From a virus: a stretch of DNA of 64,000 nucleotides. The notes beneath the pieces are model-generated. The model was not told where the DNA came from. It did not search any database and worked only from the letters and a program-made list of their open reading frames with translations. This document shows, piece by piece, positions 20,748 to 30,496 of this stretch. Position numbers and translations under genes: made by a program. Position 1 is the stretch's first letter, and each line of letters opens with the position of its first letter. The stretch covers positions 33,075 through 97,074 of IMG/VR virus record IMGVR_UViG_3300008050_000026; one strand, 5' to 3'.

Positions 20748-21361
20748 TGATAGAACTACGATATACAGGGGCTACTAATAGTTCAGATACTCAGACTATT
20801 GCTTCAAAGTCATTGGGGGGTTATGTTTCACCTTCGAAAGTACCAAATGATGATTTTAGCAATTTGTTTGATGAGATATCGTTGATGTCAAAACAGTTGA
20901 AGAAAAGGGAAGCAAGGTTGATTGCTATTGTAAACATTTCATCAACAGAAGACTATGGTTCATTATCAGCCATGTTCACATTGCAGAATAATTCGGATGT
21001 AAAATACAAAGTTGCTTTTGTGGCTCCATCAGAAGATAGTGATGGACTGTATTTTGAACGATTGAATTCACAACGTGAATTACCAGCATACGCAACATTC
21101 CAAGACATAGTTACTCTTCAAACATTGAACCTTGGAACACTTAATGCTGGGAAGGCCTTGGGAATGTGGTTAATAAGGGAACTTACAGATGAGTTTGTTG
21201 CACCAGTAGATTGTCAAGAACTTTATGACAATTACAAAGCTGAAACATCTCGTGAAACTGAAGAAAAACTTGCATTGACAATATCTTATGGTGATGACTC
21301 AGTATCAACATCTGTATCAACATCTGTATCGTCTTCTGGATCATTATCAAAGGTTCTATAA
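20747..21361 (+). CDS. virion structural protein with Ser/Thr-rich C-terminal tail
   Basis: Last gene of the tail module; 'SLGGYVS' and 'NLFDEIS'; ends DDSVSTSVSTSVSSSGSLSKVL. Confidence 0.55.
   Translation: MIELRYTGATNSSDTQTIASKSLGGYVSPSKVPNDDFSNLFDEISLMSKQLKKREARLIAIVNISSTEDYGSLSAMFTLQNNSDVKYKVAFVAPSEDSDGLYFERLNSQRELPAYATFQDIVTLQTLNLGTLNAGKALGMWLIRELTDEFVAPVDCQELYDNYKAETSRETEEKLALTISYGDDSVSTSVSTSVSSSGSLSKVL
21302..21330 (+). repeat. 12-bp tandem repeat encoding VSTS units
   Basis: GTATCAACATCT x2 plus GTATC. Confidence 0.8.
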
Positions 21362-21415
21362 CCTTAATTGCAACATTAGTTTCCAATAATAAATTTTTAT
21401 TTTATTTTTGTCCTT

Positions 21416-22060
21416 ATGGACTATGATACTCTGCTCAAATGTGTAGAAATTGTTTATTCTTATTTATATTCGTTGACGTATGGTAATTCTAAGTACTACT
21501 ATAATTGGAATGAAAGATCAATCCTTACTTTCAACAATTTTGCAGGTCATATTGATAATAGGTATAAGCTGATTACAGTAGGTAAGAATTTCATGGTAAA
21601 TTATTTCTTGTTCCATTATGCAAGGTTGGTTGAAACGGAATTTGAAAGATATTCATCAAAGGATGCAAAAGGAAACATCACTGCTCATGGTAGGTTCCAG
21701 ATCTATGATTTCATTTCAAAGAAATCATTTGAAACATTTGTAAATAGAAATAGGAAATTCGATTTCTGTATCCTTACAAATAGAAAGTTCGATAAGTATG
21801 TAGTTAGTGTATCGACTATGCTTAAAGCATTGGACGCTATCATCAATCCTAATGATATAAGCTTTGAACTATTTGAAGAAACTGTCAAGCATCGTTATTT
21901 TGGAACCTCATCATGTTTTGTGTATTGTATTTCAGAAACAACTCTGTACAATCCAGACTCAGTGATGTGTCCAAAATGTCCATTTCGGAAAGAGTGTATA
22001 AAATTGTTGGAAAAAAAGTATCCAAAAATCTATAAAGAAAGAGAATGTCAGATAAGTTAA
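21416..22060 (+). CDS. hypothetical replication-associated protein with C-terminal Cys cluster
   Basis: 214 aa directly upstream of the helicase; C...CPKCPFRKEC. Confidence 0.55.
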   Translation: MDYDTLLKCVEIVYSYLYSLTYGNSKYYYNWNERSILTFNNFAGHIDNRYKLITVGKNFMVNYFLFHYARLVETEFERYSSKDAKGNITAHGRFQIYDFISKKSFETFVNRNRKFDFCILTNRKFDKYVVSVSTMLKALDAIINPNDISFELFEETVKHRYFGTSSCFVYCISETTLYNPDSVMCPKCPFRKECIKLLEKKYPKIYKERECQIS

Positions 22061-23403
22061 CTTATGATTTCCTTGTTGAATTGATAGCACAGTGTTTCAC
22101 ATCAAGGACGTTTTCAGAAATAGTAACATCAAATCTAAAATATGAATACCTACCCACAGAAGCCACAAAATTAGTTTTCAAAGAAATTGTTGATACACTT
22201 GAGCTTGAGGATCGAGTTTCTACGATAGGTACCATTTCGCAAAAACATTCTGATCATGAAGAAGTAAAACAGTTCCTAAAGGAGATCAAAAAAGTAAAAC
22301 TCAGCAATTCAAAGGACCAATTATTAGATACACTTGAAGATTATGTCAAGGAAAGCATGTTCGTTGAACTATATGATGAAATTGCTGAGGAGTATAATAA
22401 AGGTGACAAATCGGAAGCTATAATTACGCTTTCACAGCGAGCAACGGATATTGCTGAATTTTCAATTAAACAAGCAACTGTAGGTAGGGTATTTAAGGAT
22501 TTTGATAAAAGGAACCAGAAACGACAGAATAAGACAGAAACCAACGAAGCCAAAATACCTACAGGAATACATCCATTTGATTTCTACACATTCGGTGGTA
22601 TAAAAGCAGGAACCTCATTACTTGCCTTGGGTAGATCTGGTGGAGGTAAATCAACATTCTTAAAGTGGTTAGGAATACATGCTGCAAGGTTAGGTTATAA
22701 TGTTGTTCATTTTCAAGCTGAAGGTACAGAAGATGAAGCATTCGATAACTATGATGCTGGATGGACAGGTATAAGTACAGTTGATATTGAGGAGGGGTAT
22801 ATTCCACCAGATAAGCTTAAGAAAATAAAAATAGCCCACAAGGACTTATTATCACAAAAAGGTGAGATTTTCATAAAATCATCAGAGCAATTCGATGAAA
22901 TGTACCTTGATGATTGTCGCGATTATCTAATTGAATTGGAAAGGTCAGTTGGTAAAATACATTTGGTTTTGTTTGACTACCTTGAACTATTCATGTTAAA
23001 AGGTAAAAGATTTTCGCAATCTGAGTCTGGTGAAAGAAGAAGACGAGAATTGATTGCCAATAGAATTACCAATATAGCAACAGAAATGAAATGTGCTACA
23101 GCTACTGTAACACAGGCAAATGATATTAAGACGGAAAAATACAATGATCCAGATTATGTCATGACAAGATCTGATATTGCTGAATTCAAAGGCGCTGTAA
23201 AACCTTTCAGTTATTTTCTAACATTAAATCAAACTGATGACGAATACGACTCTGGATCTATGAGGGTATTCATTGATAAGATGAGAAAGTACAAAGGTAG
23301 AAGATTATTCACAATTGCCCAATCAATGGACAATGCAAGGTTCTACAATAGCAACAAGACACTTGATTACTTCTGGGATGAACATAAACACAAACCTAAG
23401 TGA
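22045..23403 (+). CDS. DnaB-like (SF4) replicative helicase
   Basis: Walker A GRSGGGKS, 'FQAE', 'LFDYLEL', 'TVTQAN', 'IDKMR'. Confidence 0.9.
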   Translation: MSDKLTYDFLVELIAQCFTSRTFSEIVTSNLKYEYLPTEATKLVFKEIVDTLELEDRVSTIGTISQKHSDHEEVKQFLKEIKKVKLSNSKDQLLDTLEDYVKESMFVELYDEIAEEYNKGDKSEAIITLSQRATDIAEFSIKQATVGRVFKDFDKRNQKRQNKTETNEAKIPTGIHPFDFYTFGGIKAGTSLLALGRSGGGKSTFLKWLGIHAARLGYNVVHFQAEGTEDEAFDNYDAGWTGISTVDIEEGYIPPDKLKKIKIAHKDLLSQKGEIFIKSSEQFDEMYLDDCRDYLIELERSVGKIHLVLFDYLELFMLKGKRFSQSESGERRRRELIANRITNIATEMKCATATVTQANDIKTEKYNDPDYVMTRSDIAEFKGAVKPFSYFLTLNQTDDEYDSGSMRVFIDKMRKYKGRRLFTIAQSMDNARFYNSNKTLDYFWDEHKHKPK

Positions 23404-24344
23404 AATTATCGAAAGATAAAATCCTTGAACTTATTAAGAAATCTCGAGTATCAAGGGATGGAAAAGATGTGTATGGGGTATGCCCATGGTGTGGGCATGA
23501 TGAGTTTGGTATTTCACTTTCAGATAATCACCAATTCAATTGCTTTAGAAAAAAGAAATGTGGTGAGACAGGTAATATATATACATTACTTAAGTTCTTA
23601 AAGGAATATTCATTTTTCAATAAGACATACCAACCAAAAGATACGTTAGCAAAACTTTCAGTTGAAGAAGATGAAGAATTCAGTATTGAGGTGCCTACAA
23701 TCAAACTTCCAATTGGTTTTATGAGAACCAGTAAATCAAACTATCTTGATGATAGAGGTTTCAAAGCGTATGATAAATATGGTGTAGGTAGGACAAAACT
23801 CATATACAGTTTGAAGAAATACATCATTTTTCAGGTTTTTGAAGATGGTGAGCTTAAGGGATACCTTGGAAGATTTGAAAGCGATGAAAAAGTCAAACGA
23901 AAATATAGAAATTCAGAAGGCACTGATTTTGCCAAACTCGTATTAGGTCTTGATGAACTAAATGAGAGCATTGAAGAAATACTAATGGTTGAGGGTGTAT
24001 TTGATAAGGAAAATGTAGACGAAGAATTGAACCTTGAAGAAAATGAAATAAGAAAATGCGTTTGTACGTTTGGGGCAAGATGTACTGATGAACAGCTTAT
24101 CAAGATAATGATGAGGGCTCCTAATTTGAAAAGGATCTATGTAATGCACGAATCTGACGTTATCAATTCTGTGAAGAAAACTGGGTTGAGATGTCAGAAT
24201 TATGTCAAGGATACAAAGGTTTGTCATCTTGATGAAAAAGACCCAGGTGATATGTCTGAAAAAGAATTAGTAAATTGCCTGTCCCTTTCCAAAGATCCTT
24301 TAGCATTCAATGTTGGGACAGTTAAGAAAGGTATTTTACGTTGA
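23400..24344 (+). CDS. DNA primase
   Basis: Zn-finger CPWC...C..C; TOPRIM 'MVEGVFD'; 'KDPGD'; follows the helicase. Confidence 0.88.
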   Translation: MKLSKDKILELIKKSRVSRDGKDVYGVCPWCGHDEFGISLSDNHQFNCFRKKKCGETGNIYTLLKFLKEYSFFNKTYQPKDTLAKLSVEEDEEFSIEVPTIKLPIGFMRTSKSNYLDDRGFKAYDKYGVGRTKLIYSLKKYIIFQVFEDGELKGYLGRFESDEKVKRKYRNSEGTDFAKLVLGLDELNESIEEILMVEGVFDKENVDEELNLEENEIRKCVCTFGARCTDEQLIKIMMRAPNLKRIYVMHESDVINSVKKTGLRCQNYVKDTKVCHLDEKDPGDMSEKELVNCLSLSKDPLAFNVGTVKKGILR

Positions 24345-24814
24345 TTATGGGATCAAGAAAACTATCGTTATCCGAATTACTTAAAAATCTACAGTACGAA
24401 TATATTTGTTGTGAAATCAGGTCGAAGACTTATGTTCATGAAAAACATCGAATATATTGGGAAAAAGTAGCAGGATATAAAAAAGAGAAGATCATCAATA
24501 TTGCTGAAAAGCAAAATGCGTCTTCCATATTTTCAGATGATAACATCAATAAGTCGTTTAAGGACATGATCTATTCAGGTTATGGACTACCTGCATTTGT
24601 GTATAAGAACGAACAGGATCGTGAAGTTCAGGAACAGTGGGATATTTTGAATTTTTTCTACAGGGGAACAGAAGTCGAATTTGTTATTGATGGAAACATA
24701 AAGAAAGGAAAAGCTATGTTTACAGACTCTGAAAAAAGACGAGTAGAAATTAAGGAATTTGATGGTGAAAAATACAATGTGTTCTTTGAGTCCATCAAAC
24801 GAGATATTTGGTAA
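24341..24814 (+). CDS. hypothetical protein
   Basis: 157-aa ORF between primase and polymerase; SH3-like C-terminus. Confidence 0.6.
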   Translation: MIMGSRKLSLSELLKNLQYEYICCEIRSKTYVHEKHRIYWEKVAGYKKEKIINIAEKQNASSIFSDDNINKSFKDMIYSGYGLPAFVYKNEQDREVQEQWDILNFFYRGTEVEFVIDGNIKKGKAMFTDSEKRRVEIKEFDGEKYNVFFESIKRDIW

Positions 24815-24833
24815 TAAAAATTTATTATTTTTG
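24812..24833 (+). promoter_or_regulatory. conserved 22-bp phage promoter motif
   Basis: TAATAA-AAAT-TTATTA-TTTTTG; ATG 6 nt downstream. Confidence 0.75.
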
Positions 24834-24838
24834 GCAGC

Positions 24839-27800
24839 ATGAATGCTGATACAATCGTTGAATTACAATCTTGGCTTGAGACTAATAAGTTACAAGCAAC
24901 AATTGAAAAAAACATAGTTGAATGTGCTGATAAGAAATTCCTGTTCATAGAGGATAAGGATGGTACGTTGATCAACAAGAAATTCCAACTGATAGTTACA
25001 CAACCTGAGTTTAATCAAACTCCACATGTTGACTATTATCTATTCAAGTTTGGATCATTTTTCTACTATTCAGAAATTGACAAACTCAAGCTTAATAAAT
25101 TCAAGTATTTAGGTGAAGCAGATGATGATCTTTTTGATTTCAGTTTGCCTTTCCTTGGTATTCATGGAAAATATGAGCTATGTAATGGAACAAGGCATTA
25201 TGATGATTGGTGTATAAAAGCAAAATTCTTAGGTTACAAATCATTGGCAATTTGTGAAAAGAATACATTGGCTGGAATACTTCACTTTCAAAAATCTTGT
25301 GAGGATCAGGATATTAAGCCAATTCTTGGTGCATCGTTCGATATAAATATTGGAAGTGAGAAGGTAGATACCAAATTTTATGTCAAATCCAAAGAAGGTT
25401 GGATGAGCATATTAAGGTTACTTCATGAAGCTAACTCTGGAGATGATATGAGTATCACATTTGATGATCTCATCGAAAATTCAAAAGACTTGGTTATAGT
25501 CATACCTGCATCATGTAAGAATTACAAGAAGTTCATTGCTTTACCTGAAGATGTTTATGTTCAGTTTGATACTACAGAATTCAATTCAAATGAAACCGAT
25601 ACGAAAAGGTTAAATGATCTGAAGACAGTTTACAACTCAAATCTCAATCCTGTATTAGTAAGTGACGCATTTTATCTCGACAAAGAAGATCATGTAATAA
25701 AGGATGTGATAAATACAGTTGGAAAAGTCAATTTCCAATTTAGTTCATCTGATCAGTATTTCAAAAGTAAGCAGGAATTGGTTGAAAAAGCTGAAGGTTT
25801 GTTTGCTGACGATGATAAAGCTGTTGAATTTGTAAAGAAACTCATAAAGAATACAAGGGAAATTGATGAATTGTGTGATTATACATTGCATGAGAAGAAA
25901 AGTCATTTGCCTGAGTATGAAATGAATGAAGATGAAGTTGATCTGGCTGATACGAATATAGATCTTTTCTACCATTATATAGAATTGGGATTTGCAGAAA
26001 AAATTGCAGGTAAGGACAACGAGAAGGAATACAAGGAAAGGTTAGATTATGAAATAAGTGTTCTTATTGAAGGAAATGTCATCGATTATTTTCTGATCCT
26101 ATTTGATATTGTAAACTGGTGTAAGAAAAACAACATCCTCCCGGGAATAGGTAGAGGATCAGCTGCAGGCTCACTTGTATCATATCTAATGGGGATCACT
26201 GGTTTGGATCCTTTGGAACATGGATTACTATTTGAAAGATTTTTGAATAAAGCAAGGATGCTTACTGGAGCATTACCTGATATTGATCAGGATGTTCCTT
26301 CAGCTCACAGGCAGGACATAATTGAATATGTCAAAACAAAATATGGTAAGGATCAAGTTGCATGTATAGGTACTTCACAGAATTTCAAGTTGAAGTCACT
26401 TCTAAAGGACATGCTTAAGCTCAAGAATGTTGATTTCAAGGAGCAAAATTTCATTACGTCGATGCTAACAAAGGAATATGACTTTGCAGATGTAGGTGGG
26501 TTATTCGAATTGGCTACCAAGGAACCTAAGATCCTTGAGGTGATAAATGATCATTGGGAAAATATCGAAATGATGGATTTATGCATGTTCCAACCAAGAT
26601 CATTTGGTATTCACGCAGCTGCAATCATCGTTGTACCAAAACATAATGAGGGTAGAAGAACGTATGTTTGGGATTATACCCCTGTTCGAATGCATAATGG
26701 ACAATGGGTTACAGAATGGGAAAAGGACCATATTGAACAAGTAGGACTATTAAAAGAAGACATCCTTGGATTACTTCAACTTGATAAGCTCATGAGAATG
26801 GTGATGCTTATAAAGGAAAATAAGAATATCGAGATTGATGTCCTTAAAATACCTGTTGACGATCCAGAAGTGTATGAGTTATTTGCTAAGGGGATAAATC
26901 AAGACATTTTTCAATTTGGTTCACCTGGGCAAAAGGTATATACGACTGAATTGAAACCCGATAATATCAGTGACCTCATAGCAACTGTAGCTTTATATCG
27001 CCCAGGAGCCATGGAGAACAATTCACATAATAAATATGTGAAGATGAAGAATGGTGAACTTGAACCAGTTTTACCTAAGAACCTTGAAGAATTTTCGGAG
27101 GAGACATTTGGTTTGTATATCTATCAGGAACAAGCAATGCTTTCATATCAGAAGATCACAGCCTGTGAACTTGAAGAAGCTGATAAATTCAGAAAGGCAC
27201 TTACAAAACTCAAGCCTGGGTTTAGAAATCCTGAAATAGAAATCTACGAGAAGATATTCAAGGACAAGTATTTTGCAATGATACATGATAAAGATCATGT
27301 TCAATATGTTTGGGACCTCATTGTTGGTTTCAGTAGTTATGGTTTCAATAAATCACACGCTGCAGCATACGCAATAACTGGATATTATGCTCAGTGGTTC
27401 AAAGCCCATTATCCTCTTGAGTTCTATGTTACAGCTTTGGAATTTGCTGACGATAAAACAATATCCGATGTGATACATGAGATCCAACATAATAGTAAAA
27501 CTGAATTGAAACAACCAGACATCAACAAATCAGCTACGCATTTCACTTATGATGATGAACTCAATGAAATATATTGGTCATTCAATTCAATAAAATATGT
27601 TACTGAAAGATCAATCGATGTCATAGTTGAAGAAAGGAATAAATCTGGTGCATTTTTTACGTTTGAGGAGTTTCTATCAAGAGTTAAGATCAACAAACAA
27701 GCTGTTGAAAATCTAATCCTTGCTGGTGCGTTTGATACAATTGAAAAACATGTTGATGCATACGATAGATTTTCGTTACTTCAAAGATACTATACAGCTA

Positions 27801-28237
27801 TCAAAAGGTTAGACTCGCTTGAAAAAATACCTGAGGAGTTCAGGATGAAAAATTGGTGGTGGCAATTACAATCAAAGAACAATTGTGGTTATGGGTTCAT
27901 TGATTACAGGGGTATTTTCATGAGAAAGGCTAATACGACAACTTATCATCATCCTGATCAATTTCAAAAAGAAGATGCAGAAGGGTATTACATAACTGGA
28001 GGTATTGTAACCAATATCATCAAAAGAAATTCGAAGAAAGGACCTTTTGTCCAACTTAATATAGATCACAATAATATCGAGATCATTTTTACTGTATGGA
28101 ACGATGCCTATAGTAAAATAAGAAAGGATCTTGCTGAGAACAGATTGATCGTTTTCAAAGCTGATTTATCTTGGGATGGATACAAAAAGAAAAACACTTT
28201 CAAAAGTGGCAAAAAAACATTCATACATTTTGTATGA
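24839..28237 (+). CDS. dnaE: DNA polymerase III alpha subunit (family C)
   Basis: GRGSAAGSLV, LLFERFLN, PDIDQD, GIHAAA, LLKEDILGL, ALYRPG, YGFNKSHAAAY; PHP and OB domains. Confidence 0.96.
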   Translation: MNADTIVELQSWLETNKLQATIEKNIVECADKKFLFIEDKDGTLINKKFQLIVTQPEFNQTPHVDYYLFKFGSFFYYSEIDKLKLNKFKYLGEADDDLFDFSLPFLGIHGKYELCNGTRHYDDWCIKAKFLGYKSLAICEKNTLAGILHFQKSCEDQDIKPILGASFDINIGSEKVDTKFYVKSKEGWMSILRLLHEANSGDDMSITFDDLIENSKDLVIVIPASCKNYKKFIALPEDVYVQFDTTEFNSNETDTKRLNDLKTVYNSNLNPVLVSDAFYLDKEDHVIKDVINTVGKVNFQFSSSDQYFKSKQELVEKAEGLFADDDKAVEFVKKLIKNTREIDELCDYTLHEKKSHLPEYEMNEDEVDLADTNIDLFYHYIELGFAEKIAGKDNEKEYKERLDYEISVLIEGNVIDYFLILFDIVNWCKKNNILPGIGRGSAAGSLVSYLMGITGLDPLEHGLLFERFLNKARMLTGALPDIDQDVPSAHRQDIIEYVKTKYGKDQVACIGTSQNFKLKSLLKDMLKLKNVDFKEQNFITSMLTKEYDFADVGGLFELATKEPKILEVINDHWENIEMMDLCMFQPRSFGIHAAAIIVVPKHNEGRRTYVWDYTPVRMHNGQWVTEWEKDHIEQVGLLKEDILGLLQLDKLMRMVMLIKENKNIEIDVLKIPVDDPEVYELFAKGINQDIFQFGSPGQKVYTTELKPDNISDLIATVALYRPGAMENNSHNKYVKMKNGELEPVLPKNLEEFSEETFGLYIYQEQAMLSYQKITACELEEADKFRKALTKLKPGFRNPEIEIYEKIFKDKYFAMIHDKDHVQYVWDLIVGFSSYGFNKSHAAAYAITGYYAQWFKAHYPLEFYVTALEFADDKTISDVIHEIQHNSKTELKQPDINKSATHFTYDDELNEIYWSFNSIKYVTERSIDVIVEERNKSGAFFTFEEFLSRVKINKQAVENLILAGAFDTIEKHVDAYDRFSLLQRYYTAIKRLDSLEKIPEEFRMKNWWWQLQSKNNCGYGFIDYRGIFMRKANTTTYHHPDQFQKEDAEGYYITGGIVTNIIKRNSKKGPFVQLNIDHNNIEIIFTVWNDAYSKIRKDLAENRLIVFKADLSWDGYKKKNTFKSGKKTFIHFV

Positions 28238-28239
28238 TG

Positions 28240-28261
28240 TAATAAAATATTATTATTTTTG
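28240..28261 (+). promoter_or_regulatory. conserved 22-bp phage promoter motif
   Basis: TAATAA-AATA-TTATTA-TTTTTG; ATG 6 nt downstream. Confidence 0.75.
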
Positions 28262-28266
28262 AAGCA

Positions 28267-29199
28267 ATGAAAGACGATCTCATCTTAGGTGCTGGTACAG
28301 CTGGTATAATTACTTCACTTTTCACAAAAGCAAAAATGATAGATCCTAAGCCACTTGGTGAGCTGGGGTTACCTTTTTCACCTGGGATAAGGATCTTCAA
28401 ATGGGAACTTGAAGTTGTACAATTTATTTCATACTGGCTTCCTAAGTGGTATCCAGAATTTAGCATCAAAAGGGAAACTTTGAAAATAGGCTATAAAACT
28501 GATGATGGGGTTTTTAATTGTGCCACTGAAAAATTCAAGGAAACATATTCCTTAATAACAAGAGGAAAACAAGAATATGAACCAAGTTTTTTATCGTCTG
28601 GTCAAAATAGTATTTCATACGTATCAATCAATGGTTTAGGATACGAAGGTTCTTATGAATTCTTTTTCAAATCAGCACTTGAGTACTTGAAAACAAAAGG
28701 TAAGTTAATTGAAGAAAAAGTAACATTTGTTGATATAGGATCAAAAACAGTAAGGTGTGGTGATAAAAAATACAACTATAAGCATTTGTATTCCTGTATC
28801 AAAAGACCAATTCTTGAAAGACTTATGGATAAGATTTCAGGTGAAGATTTTTCAACAACTAAGAAATCATTTTACAGAACTATCAAAATGATAGATGGTG
28901 GTATCATGGGTTATGCTTACATCTACAGTATAACAGATGAATGGACAAGAAAAACTGAGTTTGGTCGTTACTATGTTTATGAAACAACTAAGCCAATTTT
29001 AAGTGATCATTTTGAACATGACAATGAAATAACTGATACATTTGAGGATATTCCTTTGCAAATACAGAAATCACTATCACAAACAAACTACTATGGTGTA
29101 GAACTTGTTGGTAGGTATGCAGAATGGAACCATGCAATAAAAGCAAACGAAATAATTCAAAGGTTTGCGCAACGATTAAAATTCAAAGTAAATGGGTGA
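28267..29199 (+). CDS. FAD-dependent oxidoreductase (UDP-galactopyranose mutase-like)
   Basis: N-terminal ILGAGTAG dinucleotide-binding motif; C-terminal LVGRYAEW. Confidence 0.65.
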   Translation: MKDDLILGAGTAGIITSLFTKAKMIDPKPLGELGLPFSPGIRIFKWELEVVQFISYWLPKWYPEFSIKRETLKIGYKTDDGVFNCATEKFKETYSLITRGKQEYEPSFLSSGQNSISYVSINGLGYEGSYEFFFKSALEYLKTKGKLIEEKVTFVDIGSKTVRCGDKKYNYKHLYSCIKRPILERLMDKISGEDFSTTKKSFYRTIKMIDGGIMGYAYIYSITDEWTRKTEFGRYYVYETTKPILSDHFEHDNEITDTFEDIPLQIQKSLSQTNYYGVELVGRYAEWNHAIKANEIIQRFAQRLKFKVNG

Positions 29200-30145
29200 T
29201 AGATTAAGTGAGATATTTCGTATTCAAATCGAGTTCAGTAAAACTTGGCTTAAGAATGAAAAGAACATTGACATTTTTGATATGTCAAGGAACGACAGGA
29301 TAAAATGGAGCAAGGAATACATATTAGCAGCAGTAAATGAACTATGTGAAGCCTTAAATGAGTTGAAGTGGAAAACTCATCGCGAATTTGAAAAACAAGA
29401 CAACATAGATAATTTTAACGAGGAATGTATTGATGTTTTTAAGTTCCTTATGAACCTCCTTCTAATAAATGGTATCAAGGAGGATGATTTCTATCAAAAG
29501 TTCATTGATAAAAGTGAAATCGTCCAATTGAGGTATGAGCAGGAAAAAGCAATGACTTTGTTGAAGTTGGACCCAAACGCAAGAATTGCCATTGTTGACA
29601 TTGATGGATGCTTGAATAACTACCCGTATCACTTTCTTGAATTTACAGAAGCTGCCACAGGATTGGATTACAAAACTGTTCCAGACTTCAAAGAAGCTGA
29701 CATAGTAAATTACAATAAAGCAAAGGCCTCATATAGATTATCAGGAGGAGAACGAGGAAACGTACCTAATGAAGAAACATTCAAATTCCTACATGATCTA
29801 AAGGCACATGGTTACACGGTTGTTCTTTTATCATCAAGGCCTTATGAAAAGATCAAAAGGCTATATTCGGATACTGTTCATTGGTTGAATAGTTACAAGT
29901 TTCCTTATGATTATCTGGTATTCAATAAAAATAAGGACACCTACATAATAGACAACCTAAAAGATTGTAATGTAGAATTTTGTGTAGATGATGATTTCAA
30001 CAATGCTCAGAACCTTTCTTATCATTTTCCAACTTATTTGATGGTTAACAAGGGCCTCTACTCGTTGGAAGCCTATCTACATGCACCAAAGAAAGTAAAG
30101 GTTATAGACTCACTATTAAAAATTGAACTTACAGGTATGAAATAA
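29192..30145 (+). CDS. dimeric dUTPase/MazG-like dNTP pyrophosphatase fused to a HAD phosphatase
   Basis: N-terminal 'ELCEALNELKWK' and 'EECIDVFKF'; C-terminal 'VDIDGCL', 'LSSR', K and 'VDD'. Confidence 0.8.
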   Translation: MGDRLSEIFRIQIEFSKTWLKNEKNIDIFDMSRNDRIKWSKEYILAAVNELCEALNELKWKTHREFEKQDNIDNFNEECIDVFKFLMNLLLINGIKEDDFYQKFIDKSEIVQLRYEQEKAMTLLKLDPNARIAIVDIDGCLNNYPYHFLEFTEAATGLDYKTVPDFKEADIVNYNKAKASYRLSGGERGNVPNEETFKFLHDLKAHGYTVVLLSSRPYEKIKRLYSDTVHWLNSYKFPYDYLVFNKNKDTYIIDNLKDCNVEFCVDDDFNNAQNLSYHFPTYLMVNKGLYSLEAYLHAPKKVKVIDSLLKIELTGMK

Positions 30146-30161
30146 TAAATTATTATTTTTA
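30140..30161 (+). promoter_or_regulatory. conserved 22-bp phage promoter motif
   Basis: AAATAA-TAAA-TTATTA-TTTTTA; ATG 6 nt downstream. Confidence 0.7.
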
Positions 30162-30166
30162 CATAC

Positions 30167-30496
30167 ATGAAAGAAACAAAAACATATTGCTTTTATCAAG
30201 AAGGTGCTGCAGAAGTTGAATTGGACTTTTGGGAAAGCATGCAAAAACAGTTTTTGAAAACAGAAGTTGAGTTCAAAGGAAAAAAGTTAAGAATTTATGC
30301 TTTGGATAAAACACCAAGGAAACAAGAAATAGAACACATGATCTGTATTCCAGATACTATTGGCATCAATGCAGAACTTCACAATTTCTTGAATAACATC
30401 AGGCCAGCAGAATACAAGAAGACATTATATTTTGGAAAGATAACTTCTGAATATGCACAAATACTTAGTAACTTTATAAAGGCTTGTAAAAAATGA
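30167..30496 (+). CDS. hypothetical protein in the nucleotide-modification cluster
   Basis: 109-aa ORF coupled to the next gene. Confidence 0.6.
   Translation: MKETKTYCFYQEGAAEVELDFWESMQKQFLKTEVEFKGKKLRIYALDKTPRKQEIEHMICIPDTIGINAELHNFLNNIRPAEYKKTLYFGKITSEYAQILSNFIKACKK

Noticed and set aside
24839-28237. Intein or intron in dnaE (also checked terL and the helicases)
   Set aside because: Lengths are normal, motifs are contiguous, and no intein C/S...HN termini or LAGLIDADG motifs were seen
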